Assembly: GCF_018977255.1 (NCBI RefSeq)
Contig: NW_024704742.1
Coordinates: 77,874,001-77,938,000 of the forward strand
Direction of reading: 5' to 3'
Length of the DNA: 64,000 bases
From: Callorhinchus milii
Lineage: Eukaryota
Below the pieces are notes generated by a model. The model worked only from the letters and a program-made list of their open reading frames with translations. It was not told the origin of the DNA and ran no database searches. The position numbers and the translations under genes are program-made. Below are positions 1 to 13,435 of this stretch, in pieces (the first letter of the stretch is position 1; every line of letters starts with the position of its first letter).

Positions 1-745
1 CCAGAGCCGGCTGAGCGGAGGGAACGGGCAGGTTGGTAAGGGGTTAAGCGGTCACTGTCAGATAGAATTATTCATTCACTTGTGACTGATGGTGGGACAT
101 TGCTGTGGGTGGGTGGGGTAAGGCCATGGAGGGTTTTGTATGTGAGGACCAGGATCTTGAACTGGATCCTCTGAAGGATAGGGAGCCAATGGAGTCGGGC
201 GAGAGTGGGGGAGATGGAGTCACAGAGTTTGATGCGGGAGAGGACACGGGCTGCAGAGTTCTGGATTATCTGCAGCCTGTGGATGGAGGAGTTGGGAAGG
301 CTGACAAGCAGGTCATTTGCATAGTCGAGCCTGGAGGTGATGAAGGATGAACAAGATTTTCAGTGGCCTGAGGGGTGAGGTAGTGGTGGAGTTGGGCGAT
401 GTTATGGAGGTGAAGGAAGGCAGAGCGGGTCATGGCTTGAATATGGGGGAAAAAAGACAGTTGAGGGTCGAACAAGACACTTAGGTTCCTGACTGTCTTG
501 GTGAGTTATAGTGTGCAACCATGGAGGTTGATGTTGCCTGAGCTGAGGTGCTGAGGCGCTGGCGTGAGCCAATCAGGAAAGTCTCAGTCTCTGTTCACAT
601 TCAACTGTAGGAAATTTGTCCTCATCCAGGACTTGATGTCCGACAGACAGTCTGTCAGGACAGCAGTGGTCCTGGAGTTGAGGGTGAGGCAGAAAGATAG
701 AGTTGGGTGTCATCCGCATACATGTGTACGTTGACCCCATGTCTG
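1..745 (-). mobile_element. L2 LINE 3' portion
   Basis: FDPQLSFFPHIQAMTRSAF and related fragments. Positions 1-350 closely match the copy at 60525-60830. Confidence 0.85.
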
Positions 746-794
746 CGGATGATGTCACCACTTTCGTGCCATTCATAACATCCAGGCATGATGA

Positions 795-1310
795 CACAAA
801 CTCCCTGCAGCCCAGGTCCTCTCCTGAACTAGGCTCCTTGACACTATCACCCCTATCCTCACCCAACTCCACTGGCTTTCCATCACACAGAGGATGCAGT
901 CCAAGATCCTGATCCTCACTTCCAAAGCCCTCCATGGCTTTCCTCCCCTCTACCTCTGCGATCTCCTAACCCCCTACCGAACGGCCTGCTCCCTCCACTC
1001 AATGAGTTCCGGCCTGCTTCACATTCCCCCCTTGGCCTGCCCCACTATTCAGGGTCTTCAGCCACTCTGCTCCACCTTCTAGAACTCCATCGCGCAGTCC
1101 CTCCACCTCACCCCTTTGCTTCCCTCCATCAAGACCCATCTCAAGACCTCCTCTTTGACCATGCCTTCAGTCACCCTCCTTCCCCCTCTGCCCTCCACCC
1201 TCTCCAATCCCGACCCCCAGCTCGGGTCCAAAACACTGATTGTCCAGCTCCTTGGGATGTCCTCCCAACGTAAATGGCGATATACAAATGTAATTTGTTG
1301 TTCTTCTTCA
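795..1310 (+). mobile_element. L2 LINE 3' end
   Basis: KILILTSKALHG fragment and terminal gggatgtcctcccaacgt...ggcgatatacaaatgtaat tail. Confidence 0.82.
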
Positions 1311-1535
1311 CAGCAAATTTTGTGAAGTGCTTTGGGACGTCCTTCCGACGTGAAAGGCACTAGAACAAATGCAGGAATTATTATTATTTATTATTATTAA
1401 ACTCTGTATGGGCTGTATTTAGTGGTAAAATACAATCATAGAAATTACAGCATAGAAGGAGGTCATTTAAGTCATCAAGATTTCCCTATGGTTAGCTCCT
1501 TAACTGGAGCTAGTCTAGCTCAATAACCTAATCTT

Positions 1536-1850
1536 GGAGTCCTGTAGCTCAGTGGTTAGAGCACTCGCTTTGCAAGCAAGACACCAGGGTTCAATTCCAG
1601 ACAGGGCGAAACCTTGGGCAAGTTTCCTTACTCCACACAGAGCCTAATAATAATCCCTCCAAAACAAAACAATAATAAATTGGTCATTTTCAATCTACGA
1701 CTGTTTGTGGGACATTGCTGTGCGCAATTGGCTGCCGCGTTTCGCCCACAAATATACGGTCAATTCACTTTACAGTATATTCTGTGAAGCGTTTTGAGAT
1801 GTCTAGAAGACGTGAAAAGCGCTATATCAAATGCAAGGATTATTATTATT
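1536..1850 (+). mobile_element. Young tRNA-derived SINE (about 320 bp)
   Basis: tRNA-like head with box A (tagctcagtggttagagc) and box B (ggttcaattcc), gggacattgctgtgcgcaattggctgccgcgtt core, (TAT)n tail. ctcaataacct is repeated at 1519-1529 and 1856-1866 (TSD-like). Confidence 0.9.
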
Positions 1851-2386
1851 AATATCTCAATAACCTGCAGAATTTCCTGCATCAGTTTCATATTGCGCTA
1901 GTTCACTCTTGTTTAAAAGTTATGGTCTCAGTCTCAATAGTTATGTGTGACAAAACATTCCATCAGCATCCCTGGTTCTTTGTGTTCTTTAAGTTCATTA
2001 TGAATGAACAATTTCTTTCTTTGGTCTTTTTAAAATGTACAAAATGTACTACAGTACTACTTGGGTTTGGCTCAGCTCTTCGGTGTTTACCGTAAAGTGA
2101 TGTCACTGTGTGTTTGAAGGCAAAAATTGGCCTTCGATTTGCACATAACAATGTCCCACAATTAGCCATGAAGTAAAACCAATTTTATTTGGGGGATTTT
2201 TAACGCGGGCATGTGTTTGTGGGTGGGGGAAATGTTGGTTGGGAAATTCTTCACATTTCACAAAATAAAGCTGCATCTGACACCTGCCCATAAATCAATC
2301 CCCCAAAAACCTGCAGCTCCCTCCATGGCTCCAAGTAGATAAAACCACTGCCTCAAGTGCCAACTAAGACCTTGTGGAGTCCCCTT

Positions 2387-2709
2387 GTGGAGTCCTGTAG
2401 CTCAGTGGTTAGAGCACTCGCTTTGCAAGTGAGAGACCTGAGTTCAATTCCAGGCAGAGGGCGAAACCTTGGGCAAGTTTCCTTACTCCACACAGAGCCT
2501 AATAATAATCCTCCAAAACCAAAACAATAATAAATTGGTCATTTTCAATCTACGACTGTTTGTGGGACATTGCTGTGCGCAATTGGCTGCCGCGTTCGCC
2601 CACAAATATACAGTCAATTCACTTTACAGTGTGTTCTGTGAAGCGCTTTGGGACGTCCTCCCGACGTGAAAAGCGCTATATCAAATGCAAGGATTATTAT
2701 TATTATTAT
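2387..2709 (+). mobile_element. Young tRNA-derived SINE
   Basis: Same family. The 5' end carries a tandem duplication of ccttgtggagtcc, and taagac flanks both sides. Confidence 0.92.
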
Positions 2710-3008
2710 AAGACAGAAGTCCCTTTCTTTTTGAAAATATATATCGATGTATTGAAGTATATTTGGGGTCCAACAGAAATCCCAAACAAACACAAGGCAC
2801 AACATCTCCTGTTGCGTGTTGCCCTTTCCCCTCTGAGACAACCGCACTGTGCTCTTCAGGTGACATCCCATCACTGCACACGCGCTGTGCACAGGTGTGT
2901 GTGAGTGAGTGTGTGAGTGAGTGTGTGTTTGGGGGTATTGCCCGTGAAAAGGTTTAATGTCTTTGGGTCTGAGTTTGAGCTGCAGCAGCGCAGAGCTTTA
3001 GTGTGACA

Positions 3009-3500
3009 GGGACCCCCCACCCGGGTACCCCACCGCCCCCCGGGCCTCCCCCCCCCCCCGGGCCTCCACCCCCGAGCCTCCCCCCCCCCCCCGGCCTCCT
3101 CCCCCGAGCCTCCTCCCCCCCCCCGCCGGCCCTCCTCCCCCCCCCGGGCCTCCCCCCCCCCCCCGGCCTCCCCCCCCCCGCACCCCCCCCCCCCCCGGGC
3201 CCCCCCCCCCCCCCCTAGGCCCCCCCCCCCCCCCCGGCCCCCCCCCCCCCCCCGGGCCCCCCCCCGGCCCTCCCCCCCCCCCCGGCCCTCCCCCCCCCCC
3301 CCGGGCCCTCCTCCCCCCCACCGGGCATCCCCCCCCCCGGGCCTCTCCCCCCCCGGCCTCCCCCCCACCCCGGGCCTCTCCCCCCCGGGCCTCCCCCCCC
3401 CACCCGGCCTCTCCCCCACCCCGGGCCTCCCCCCCCCACCCCGGACGCCCCCCCCACCCCCGGGCCTCCCCCCCGGGCGGGAGGCCCGGCCCCGCCTCCT
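3009..3500. promoter_or_regulatory. GC-rich low-complexity tract (C runs separated by GG/GGG-CCT), candidate PLGRKT promoter; G-rich minus strand
   Basis: Repeated ccccccgggcct-like units, many CpGs, a GC box near 3488-3498, immediately upstream of the putative exon 1. Confidence 0.55.
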
Positions 3501-3534
3501 ACACTGCCAGAGCTGCACTGACACAGGAAGGACG
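3481..3534 (+). other. PLGRKT: Probable non-coding first exon of PLGRKT (5' boundary uncertain)
   Basis: Short unique sequence directly after the most GC/CpG-rich tract in the window. It carries a GC-box-like ggccccgcctc and ends in a consensus donor ACG|GTGAGT at 3535. The first coding exon has a splice acceptor, so an upstream exon must exist. Confidence 0.6.
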
Positions 3535-3566
3535 GTGAGTGCAGCAGCTCATCAGGGAAACTCCTA

Positions 3567-5966
3567 CTATACACACACACACACACAGCCCTACACACAC
3601 ACACACACACACAGCCCTACACACACACACACACACACAGCCCTACACACACACACACACACACACAGCCCTACACACACACACACACACACCACAGCCC
3701 TACACACCACCACACCCCTACACCACCACACAGCACACACAGCCCTACACACACACACACACACACACACAGCCCTACACACACACACACAGCCCTACAC
3801 ACACACACACAGCCCTACACCACACCAGCACACACACACACACCACAGCCCTACACACACACACAACACACACACAGCCCTACACACACACACACCAGCC
3901 CTACACACACACAACACAGCCCTACACACACACACACACACCACACACAGCCCTACACACACACACACACACAGCCCTACAACACACACACACACAGCCC
4001 TACACAAACACCCTACACACACCACCACACACACACACACAGCCCTACACACACACACACACAGCCCTACACCACACACACACACACACCACACAGCCCT
4101 ACACACACACACCACACAGCCCTACACACACACACACAGCCCTACACACACACACAGCCCTACACACACACACACAGCCCTACACACACACACACACACA
4201 GCCCTACACACACACACACAGCCCTACACACACACACAGCCCTACACACACACACACACACACACACAGCCCTACACACACACACACACCACAGCCCTAC
4301 ACACACAACACACACCACACACGCCCTACCACACACACACAGCCCTACACACACAACACACACAGCCCTACACACACACACACCAGCCCTACACACACAC
4401 ACACACACACACAGCCCTACACACACACACACACACACACAGCCCTACACACACACACCCAACACACACAGCCTACACACACAGCCCTACACACACACAC
4501 CCTACACACACACCCACACACCAAACACACACACAGCCCACACACACACACACACAGCCCTACACACACACACACACACACAGCCCTGGTTACTGTTACA
4601 CACACACACACACACACACACACCAACACCACACACCACAGCCCTACACACACACCACACACACACCCACACACACCCGCCCTACACCACACACACAGCC
4701 CTACACACACACACCACACACCAGCCCTACACACACACACACACAGCCCTACACACACACACACAGCCCTACACACACACACACACACACAGCCCTACAC
4801 ACACACACACACCACAGCCACACACACACACACCAGCCTACACACACACACACACACACAGCCCTACACACACAGCCCTACACACACACACACACAGCCC
4901 TACACACACACACACACAGCCCTACACACACACACACAGCCCTACACACACACACACACAGCCCTACACACCACACACAGCCCTACACACACACACACAC
5001 ACCCCACCCCACACACACACCACACACACACCTACCCCCACACCAACACACACACACACAGCCCTACACACACACACACACACACACACAGCCCTACACA
5101 CACACACACACACACACAGCCCTACACACACACAACACACAGCCCTACACACACACACACACACACAGCCACACACACACAGCCCTACACACACACACAC
5201 ACACACACAGCCCTACACACACACACACACACACAGCCCTACACAACACACACACAGCCCTACACACACACACACACACACACAGCCCTACACACACACA
5301 CACAGCCCTACACACCACACACAGCCCTACACACACACACCACAGCCCTACACACACCACACACACACACAGCCCTACACACACACACACACACAGCCCT
5401 ACACACACACACACACACACACACAGCCCTACACACACACACACACAGCCCTACACACACACACACACACACACCCTCCACACACACACACCGCCCCACA
5501 CACACACACACAACCCTACACACACACACACAACACACACAGCCCTACACCACACACACAGCCCTAACACACACACACAGCCCTAACACACACACACACA
5601 CACACAGCCCTACACACACACACACCACACACGCCCTACACACACAACACAGCCCTACACACACACACACACACAGCCCACACACACACACAGCCCTACA
5701 CACACACACACAGCCCTACACACACACACACACACAGCCCTACACACACACACACACAGCCCTACACACACACACACACACACAGCCCCAACACACACAC
5801 ACACACAGCCCTACACACACAACACACACACAGCCCCAACACACACACACACACACAGCCCAACACACACACACACACACACCACACAGCCCTACACAAC
5901 ACACACACACACAGCCCTACACACCACACCACACACGCCCTACACACACACACCACACACCACCCC

Positions 5967-5997
<31 letters not shown>

Positions 5998-7278
5998 CAG
6001 CCCTACACACACACACACACACACACACAGCCCTACACACACACACACCACAGCCCTACACACACACCCCCACACCCCACACACACACAGCCCTACTCCA
6101 CACACACACACACCCTCGAGCCCCACACACACACACAAGCCCACACACACCCACACACACACACACCACACAGCCCTACACACACACACACACACACACC
6201 AGCCCTACACACCACACACACAGCCCCACACACACACACACAGCCCTACACACACACACCACAGCCCTACACACACACACACCCAACACCCTACACACAC
6301 ACACACAGCCCTACACACACACACAACAACACAGCCTACACACACACACAGCCCTACACACACACACACACACACACAGCCCTACACACACACACCACAC
6401 ACACACCTACACACACACACAGCCCTACACACACACACACACACACACAGCCCTACACACACACACACACACACCACACACAGCCCTACACACACACACA
6501 CCCCACACACACAGCCTTACACACACACCCACACACACACAGCCCTACACCACACACACACAGCCCTACACCACACACCACACACGCCCTACACACACAC
6601 ACACACCACACACGCCCTACACACACACCACACACACAGCCCTACACACACACACACACACACACGCCCTACACACACACCACACACACACAGCCCTACA
6701 CACACACACACCACACAGCCCACACACACACACACACACACAGCCCCACACACACACACACACACACAGCCCTACACACACACACACACACAGCCCTACA
6801 CACACACACAGCCACACACAGCCCTACACACACACAGCCCTACACACACATACACACACCACACACCCAGCACACACACACACACACCACAGCCCTACAC
6901 ACACACACACACCCCTACACACACATACACACCACACACAGCCCTACACACACACACACACACAGCCCTACACACCACACACACCCACCACACACACAGC
7001 CCTACACCACACACACAGCCCTACACACACACACACACACACACAGCCCTACACACACACACACACACACACACAGCCCCACACACACACACACAGCCCT
7101 ACACACACACACAGCCCTACACACACACAGCCCTACACACACACACACACAGCACAGCCCTACACACACACACACACACAGCCCTACACACACACAGCCC
7201 TACACACACACACACACAGCAAAGCCACACACACACAGTAAAGCCACACACACACACACAGCAAAGTTACACACACAA
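3567..7278. repeat. About 3.7-kb compound array: (CA)n tracts punctuated by GCCCTA
   Basis: Directly visible unit cagcccta(ca)n with variable n. It explains the His/Thr and Cys/Val ORFs. Confidence 0.97.
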
Positions 7279-7729
7279 GGTCAGGAGAAAGACCATGATA
7301 GTTATTCTCCTGACTGCTCCTGATTGCTTTTATTTATTGGTGTAAGATTCCCTGCCCCGGTGCCAGGACGTCCTGGAAGCCAAGCCTTGCTGTTGTTTTT
7401 TGCCACAGGGGCCTTGCTGGTTGGAAGTTTAAGTTGTCTGGAGGAGGGAGTAGTTTGCTCTGGTCGCTGGTTAATGATGGATTCCCAGACTCTCTGCTGC
7501 CGCAGTGAGCAATGCTTGTTAGTGCAGGGTCACTGCGCAGAAGCTTGTCAAGGGCAGGGACAAGTGGGAGGTTTCTTTAAATGTAAATTTTTAATGCAAT
7601 TTTTTGGGGCCAGCCAGGTGCCTGACGCATGCGGAAACCCATCACCCCGTTTAAGATTATAATAATAATCCTTGCATCTGCCACAGCATTGTTGAGACGT
7701 CTTAAAACAGCTTCACAGAATATAACATC

Positions 7730-10700
7730 AACAACACTTGCACTTGTGTAGTGCTCTCCACCCAGGGCAGCGGCTCCGAGCGCTTAACAGTGGCGGAACC
7801 TGACTCCAAGCCGGGTGGGGGGGGGGGACCATAAGGACGGTCGAAAAGGAAGGTCCTAAAGGTGTGATTTGAAAAGGGAGAGAGGAGGCAAGGCGGAGGG
7901 ATTGAGGGAGAGTCTTTCAAAGTTTCAGTGCAGTGGTTGAAAATGCGACCTCCAGTGGTGAAGCAGACAGTGCGAAGGACAAGCACGAGGCCGGTGCCAG
8001 TCGAGTGGAGGCGCCGGGTGGTGGATCGTGGAGTCCTGTAGCTCAGTGGTTAGAGCACTCGCTTTACAAGTGAGAGACCTGAGTTCAATTCCAGGCACAG
8101 GGCGAAACCTTGGGCAAATTTCCTTTCTCCACACAGAGCCTAATAATAATCCCTCCAAAACCAAAACAATAATAAATTGGTCATTTTCAATCTACGACTG
8201 TTTGTGGGACATTGCTGTGCGCAATTGGCTGCCGCGTTCGCCCACAAATATACAGTCAATTCACTTTACAGTGTGTTCTGTGAAGCGCTTTGGGACGTCC
8301 TCCCGACGTGAAAAGCGCTATATCAAATGCAAGGATTATTATTATTATTATTATTGGGGAGTGAGGAAGTCAGACATGTAGGGAGGTGCCAGAAAGTGAA
8401 GTGAATTGAGCACAAGTGTCAGGATCTTGAAGTTGATCCGTTCGGTGATGGGGAGACAGTGGAGCCTGGGCCAGAACTGGTGAGATGTGGGTACGGAGTT
8501 TGGTCCGGTTCAGTATGCGGGCGTCGGAGTTCTGGATGAGCTGGATCTTTTGAATAGTGGAGCTGGGGAGACCGGCGAGGAGTGCGTTTGAGTAATCCAG
8601 GCGGGAGATGATAACCGCATTCATGAGGGTTTCTGCTGCATTTGGGGTAAGGTACGGGCAGAGGCAGGCAATGTGGCGGAGGTGGAGGAATGTGGTATTG
8701 GTCAGTGACTAGATGTGAGGCAGGAAGGACAGCTAGGGGTCAAACCGGACGTCTAGGTTGTGCACTGGTTCCGTGAGTCTGAGGGAGAGCCCAGGGAGGT
8801 TGAGGAGTTCAGATTCGCAGGAGTGAAGATGTTGACGGGAGCCAAGGGGTATGGCTTCCGTCTTGTCCACATTCAGCTGCAGGAAGTTTGCACTTATCCA
8901 GGCCCTGATGTCTGCCAGACAAGCTGATAGAACATCAGTGGATCTGGAGTTGGTACTGGAGGAGGCAAAGTAGATTTGTGTGTCATCTACATACATGTGG
9001 AAGTTTATCCCGTGTCTGCGGATGAAATCACCAAGAGAGAGCATATAGATAAGGAAAAGGGGGCCAAGGATGGAGCCCTGGGCTACCCCACAGGTGACCG
9101 GGTGGGGGCGGGAGGAATAACCATTTGCTGAGATGAAATGGAGGCAGTTGGTTAAGTAGGACTCGAACCGTGCGAGTGCGGTCACACTAAGGTGGATGAG
9201 GGAGGAAAGGCGGTGAAGGAGGATGGTGTGGTCGACTGTCAAATGCGGCAGAGAGATCCAGGAGGATGAAGAGGCAGAGGGAGCCCTGATAAGACAGAGA
9301 GGAAGTTGTTTGTGACTTTGACAAGCGCTGTCTCTGTGCTGTGGGCAGTGTGAAAACCGACAGCAGGGGCTCGAGGAGGGAGTGGAGGGAGAGGTGTGAC
9401 CGAAGGTGACCTGCACAATGTGTTCCAGGACTTTGCAAGGAAGGGTCGGTTGGAGATGGGATGGTAATATGAGATTAGAGGGATCGAGGTTGGGTTTTTT
9501 GAGGAAGTGTGTGATGACAGTGGTTTTCAGGGGGAGTGGAAGGGAGACTGAGGAGAGAGACTGGTTGACCGTGTCAGCCAGCAGGGGGGAGAGGAGGGGG
9601 AGTTGAGTGACCGGCAGCTGGGTGGGGAGGGGATCATGGCAGCAGGTGGTGAACTTCAGGGGGTGATTGAGAGGGAGGAGGGAGAAATGGGGTCAAAGGA
9701 GTGTAAGGAGGGGGGAGTGCCAGGAGCCGTGGCAGAGGGAGAAGGCGGTGTTGGTCTGGGTGGGGTGGAAGGGGACATGGGGAGAGGACGATGCAGCCAA
9801 GCGGATGTTTTCAATCTTTGAGGCGAAAAGTCTAGGATCTCTTCGTACTTGGTGTTTGATGTGAGGATAGAAGGGGCTTGATGGGGTGCATTGGAGGAGA
9901 TGATGGACAGTGGAAAACAGTGTCTTTAGGTTGTTTTTGGCCTCCAGGATGACTTTGAAGTAAAAGTCAGTTTTGGCCTGTTAAAGGAACACGCAGTAGA
10001 TGTAGAGGTGCTCGAGCCACAGATGACAGTGAATCGTGAGGTCAGATTTCTGCCAACTAAGCTTGAGCATCCGGGTTTGAGTTTTGAATGAGCGAAGATG
10101 ACTGTTGTACCAGGGGGAGCTGATGGGCTTGGAAACAGCCCTGGATTTCAGGGGAGCCAGGGAATTGAAAGTTGTGGAGAGATGGTCATTCAGGAGCTTG
10201 ATGGCTGCATCAGAATCGCTGCGGGTGGAGGGCCAGAGGGAGAGGAGGACGGAGGAAGAGAGGACATTTGTGAGGGACTCAAGGGGAAGCTTTTTCCAGG
10301 GGTGGAAAAAAAATGGTGGAGAGTTTGGAAGAGGGAAGGGGAATATGGATAAGAGCAAGATGAGGAAGTGGTCCGAGATGGATTTGTCCGTGATCAGGTC
10401 GGAAATGTCAAGGCCATGTGTGATGACGAGGTTGATGGAGTAGCCATGGTTGTGGGTCGGCAAGTTGATGTGGATGGAGGAGATGAGGGCAGTGAAATCC
10501 ATGGAGGTGGTGCAAGGGGAGTTTAGGTGGAAGTTGAAATCACCCATTATCAGCAGGTGTTCAGTGCAGAGGAACAGGGATGAGAAGAGAGAGGAGATGT
10601 CAGTGAGGAAGGAGCCAGGAGGTTTGGGGAGTGGTAAACTAGGAGGATTTTGAGAGAGAGAGTGGAGGGATGGTAGAGGGTGAGGTGCTCAAAAGAGGAG

Positions 10701-11345
10701 AAACAGTCAAGGAATAGGGGGATAGACCAAGAGAAGCTTGGGAGATGAGGGCCACCCCGCTGCCAGGTTGGTTGGGGCGGGGGGTGTGGTGAAAAGTATA
10801 ACCAAGAGGGGAGACTTCAATGAGGGGAACGGGGTCACCTGGGGAGAGCCATGTTTCTGTAAGCCCGAGAATATCGATGTGCTCATCCAGGATGAAATCA
10901 TGGATAGCAAGGACTTTATTGGAGAGGGAGTGGACATTTTGGAGGGACATTTGGATAGGTTTGCTGGTGGGGGAGGGGGGTGGAAGCGGAGGAGCGAGTG
11001 GTATATAGAGGATTTGGGGTCGTGGGGGAGAAGTGACCATGGAGTTTGAGGAGAGGTGAGAATTGGAGAGGATATAGATGAGGGAGCGGGAAGAGGTGTT
11101 TGCCTTTCAGAGGCGGTTGTTGTGGAGAGAGTGAGCAATGGGACAGTTGGGGCGGCTGCTCTGGGACAACCAACACCGGGAGCCACGATGTGCCTGCTGG
11201 AGGATGCTCAGGCTGGAGCAGAGGGAAGTAATGGTAGGGTCCATGAGAGAGAGAAAGCGAGGAGGACGGGGGGAGAGAAGGACAGGATGGGAGTAGCGGA
11301 GTGTGGGGGGTAGGAGCAGGAACATTTTCAGAGGGAGCGGCTCGG
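7730..11345 (-). mobile_element. Degenerate, near-complete L2-clade LINE (APE endonuclease + reverse transcriptase), interrupted by a SINE
   Basis: Minus-strand fragments in the expected order: LQNVHSL...[76 protein letters not shown]. Many frameshifts. Confidence 0.9.
8028..8355 (+). mobile_element. Young tRNA-derived SINE inserted inside an L2 LINE
   Basis: Near-identical to the copy at 2387. It splits the L2 motif ggtggtggat|tgggga, which is intact at about 45105-45120. Confidence 0.92.
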
Positions 11346-12004
11346 GTCGCTTTACAACATATTGTAAAGTGGATTGACTGTATTTTTTGGGTGAAACATG
11401 GCGGCCAATTGTGCACAGCAGTGTTCCACAAATAGTCGTGGATTGAATGACCAAATTAAAAAAAAAATTGTTTGGAGGGATTATTATCCCCGGAAAGCAA
11501 TCCACCAATCGATAACAACTGGGTTCCTACTTACTGCTAGTTAAACAGAGGAGTGAAGAGTAAAGAGATTTGCCTAAGATTTCACCCTGACCTATTGCTT
11601 GTGAGGTAAGCGCACTGACTACCTTGATACGGGACTCCATATTATTCAAACCAAACTGAGAATTCCACATATGTTTCCACCGATACATGGAAATTTCTCT
11701 GTCTAGAATGAACTGCACATACTCTCTCCCTGGAGGAACACATCCTGTTTACCTAATTCCGAAATGTTTAAGCGCAAGTTGGCAAGAGCCAAGGCTGAGG
11801 TGCTCCAGAAGTGCATTGGGGTTCTGCTGGAATCTAACCAGTTATAGCTTGCCATTGATAACACTGTCTGTCAAGCTTTTCTGCTGCTTATCCAGCTCAT
11901 ACCACCCTATCCTTTTGGGCTTTGCAGAGTTAACAGGAGTTGAGTGGGAAGAATCCCTGCCCCAGTGATGGGTCTATACCTGCAAGTCCTGCTTGCGAGT
12001 GAAG

Positions 12005-13435
12005 CCAGTTACTCCTATCCTTAGTCACTCCTATTCTTCAAAAATCCTCCTTGGACCCTTCTCTACTCCCTAACTACCGCCCCATCGCCAACCTCCCCTT
12101 CCTCTCCGAGGTCCTGGAATGAGTTGTTGCTTCTCAGCTTCGCTCCTTCCTCTCCCACCACTCCCTTCTCGAACCCCTCCAATCAGGTTTCTGTGCCGCC
12201 CACAGCACAGAAACAGTCCTGGTCAAAGTGACAAATGACATTCTGTCCATCTGCGACCAGGGCTCCCTCTGCCTCCTCGTCCTCCTTGACCTCTCTGCTG
12301 CTTTTGACACCGTTGACCACACTATCCTCATCCACCACCTCTCCTGTCACCTCAACCTCCACGGCACTGTCCTTGATTGGTTCAGATCGTACCTCTCACA
12401 CCGCCTTCACTTCATCTTCTCAAACGGCTTCTCCTCTAGCCCCCAGATGTTTTGTGTGGCGTTCCTCGGGGCTCTGTCCTTGGTCCCCTCATCTTCAATA
12501 TCTATATGCTCCCTTTTGGTGACATAATTCGCAGACATGGGGTCAACTTCCACAGCTGTCCTGACAGGATGAAGACATCGTCCTGGATGAGAGCTAACTT
12601 TCTTCATTTGAACGTCAACAAGACCGAAGCTCTCCTGATTCGCTCCCGTCAGCGCCTTATCACCTCAGGTGCTGACAGCATCACCATCCATGGTTGCACA
12701 CTCCACCTCACTGAGCCAGTCCAGAACCTTGGGGACTTGTTTGACCCTCAACTATCCTTTCTAACCCACATCTGTGCCATGACCCGCTCTGCCTTCCCCC
12801 ACCTCTGCAACGTCGCCCGGCTCCTACACTGTCTCACACCGCAGGCCGCCGAAACCCTCATACACGCCTTCATTACATCAAGGCTCGACTATGCAAACTT
12901 ACTGCTTGTCGACCTCCACAAGTCCTCCCTCCACAGGCTGCAGATCATCCAGAACTCCGCAGCCCATGTCCTCTCCCGCACTAGGCTCCGCGACCCTAGG
13001 CTCCTATCACCCCCATCCTCGCCTAACTCCACTGGCTTCCCATCGCACAGAGGATACAGTTCAAGATCCTGGTCCTCACCTTCAAAGCCCTCCATGGTCT
13101 ACCTCTCCAACCTCCTAACCCCCTAACATCCTGTTCGCTCCCTCCCCTCAGTGGGCTCCGGCCTGCTTCACATTCCCTGCCTTGCTCGTCCCACTATCGG
13201 CGGGCGGGCCTTCCGTCACTCTGCACCCACCCTCTGGAACTCCATCCCGCAGTCGTTCCATCTCGGCCCCTCCCTCGCCACCTTCAAGACCCACCTCAAG
13301 ATCCTCCTGCTCTCCCCCCCTGCCCTCCATCCTCCCCGACCCCGACCTCGGGTCCATAACTCTGTCAGTCCAGCGCCTTGGGACGTCCTCCCGACGTGAA
13401 GGCGCTATACAAATGTAATTTTGTTGTCGTCGTTA
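12005..13435 (+). mobile_element. 5'-truncated L2 LINE (RT domain to 3' tail)
   Basis: [49 protein letters not shown]. Tail gggacgtcctcccgacgtgaaggcgctatacaaatg. Confidence 0.9.

Noticed and set aside
2389..2460. tRNA-Ala(TGC)-like sequences, here and in other copies
   Set aside because: They are SINE heads: the acceptor stem is not closed and each runs straight into the SINE body and (TAT)n tail.
2871..3610. Gly-rich and Pro-rich ORFs
   Set aside because: Products of the poly-C/G low-complexity tract.
3567..7278. Interstitial telomeric repeat
   Set aside because: The motif is GCCCTA separated by CA runs, not tandem CCCTAA.
3535..7345. 683-aa and 1268-aa His/Thr-rich ORFs and many Cys/Val ORFs
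   Set aside because: They are translations of the (CA)n-GCCCTA array, which lacks stops in those frames. No domain content.
7730..13435. Active reverse transcriptase genes
   Set aside because: All L2 and CR1 copies are fragmented by stops, frameshifts or altered catalytic motifs. None is intact.
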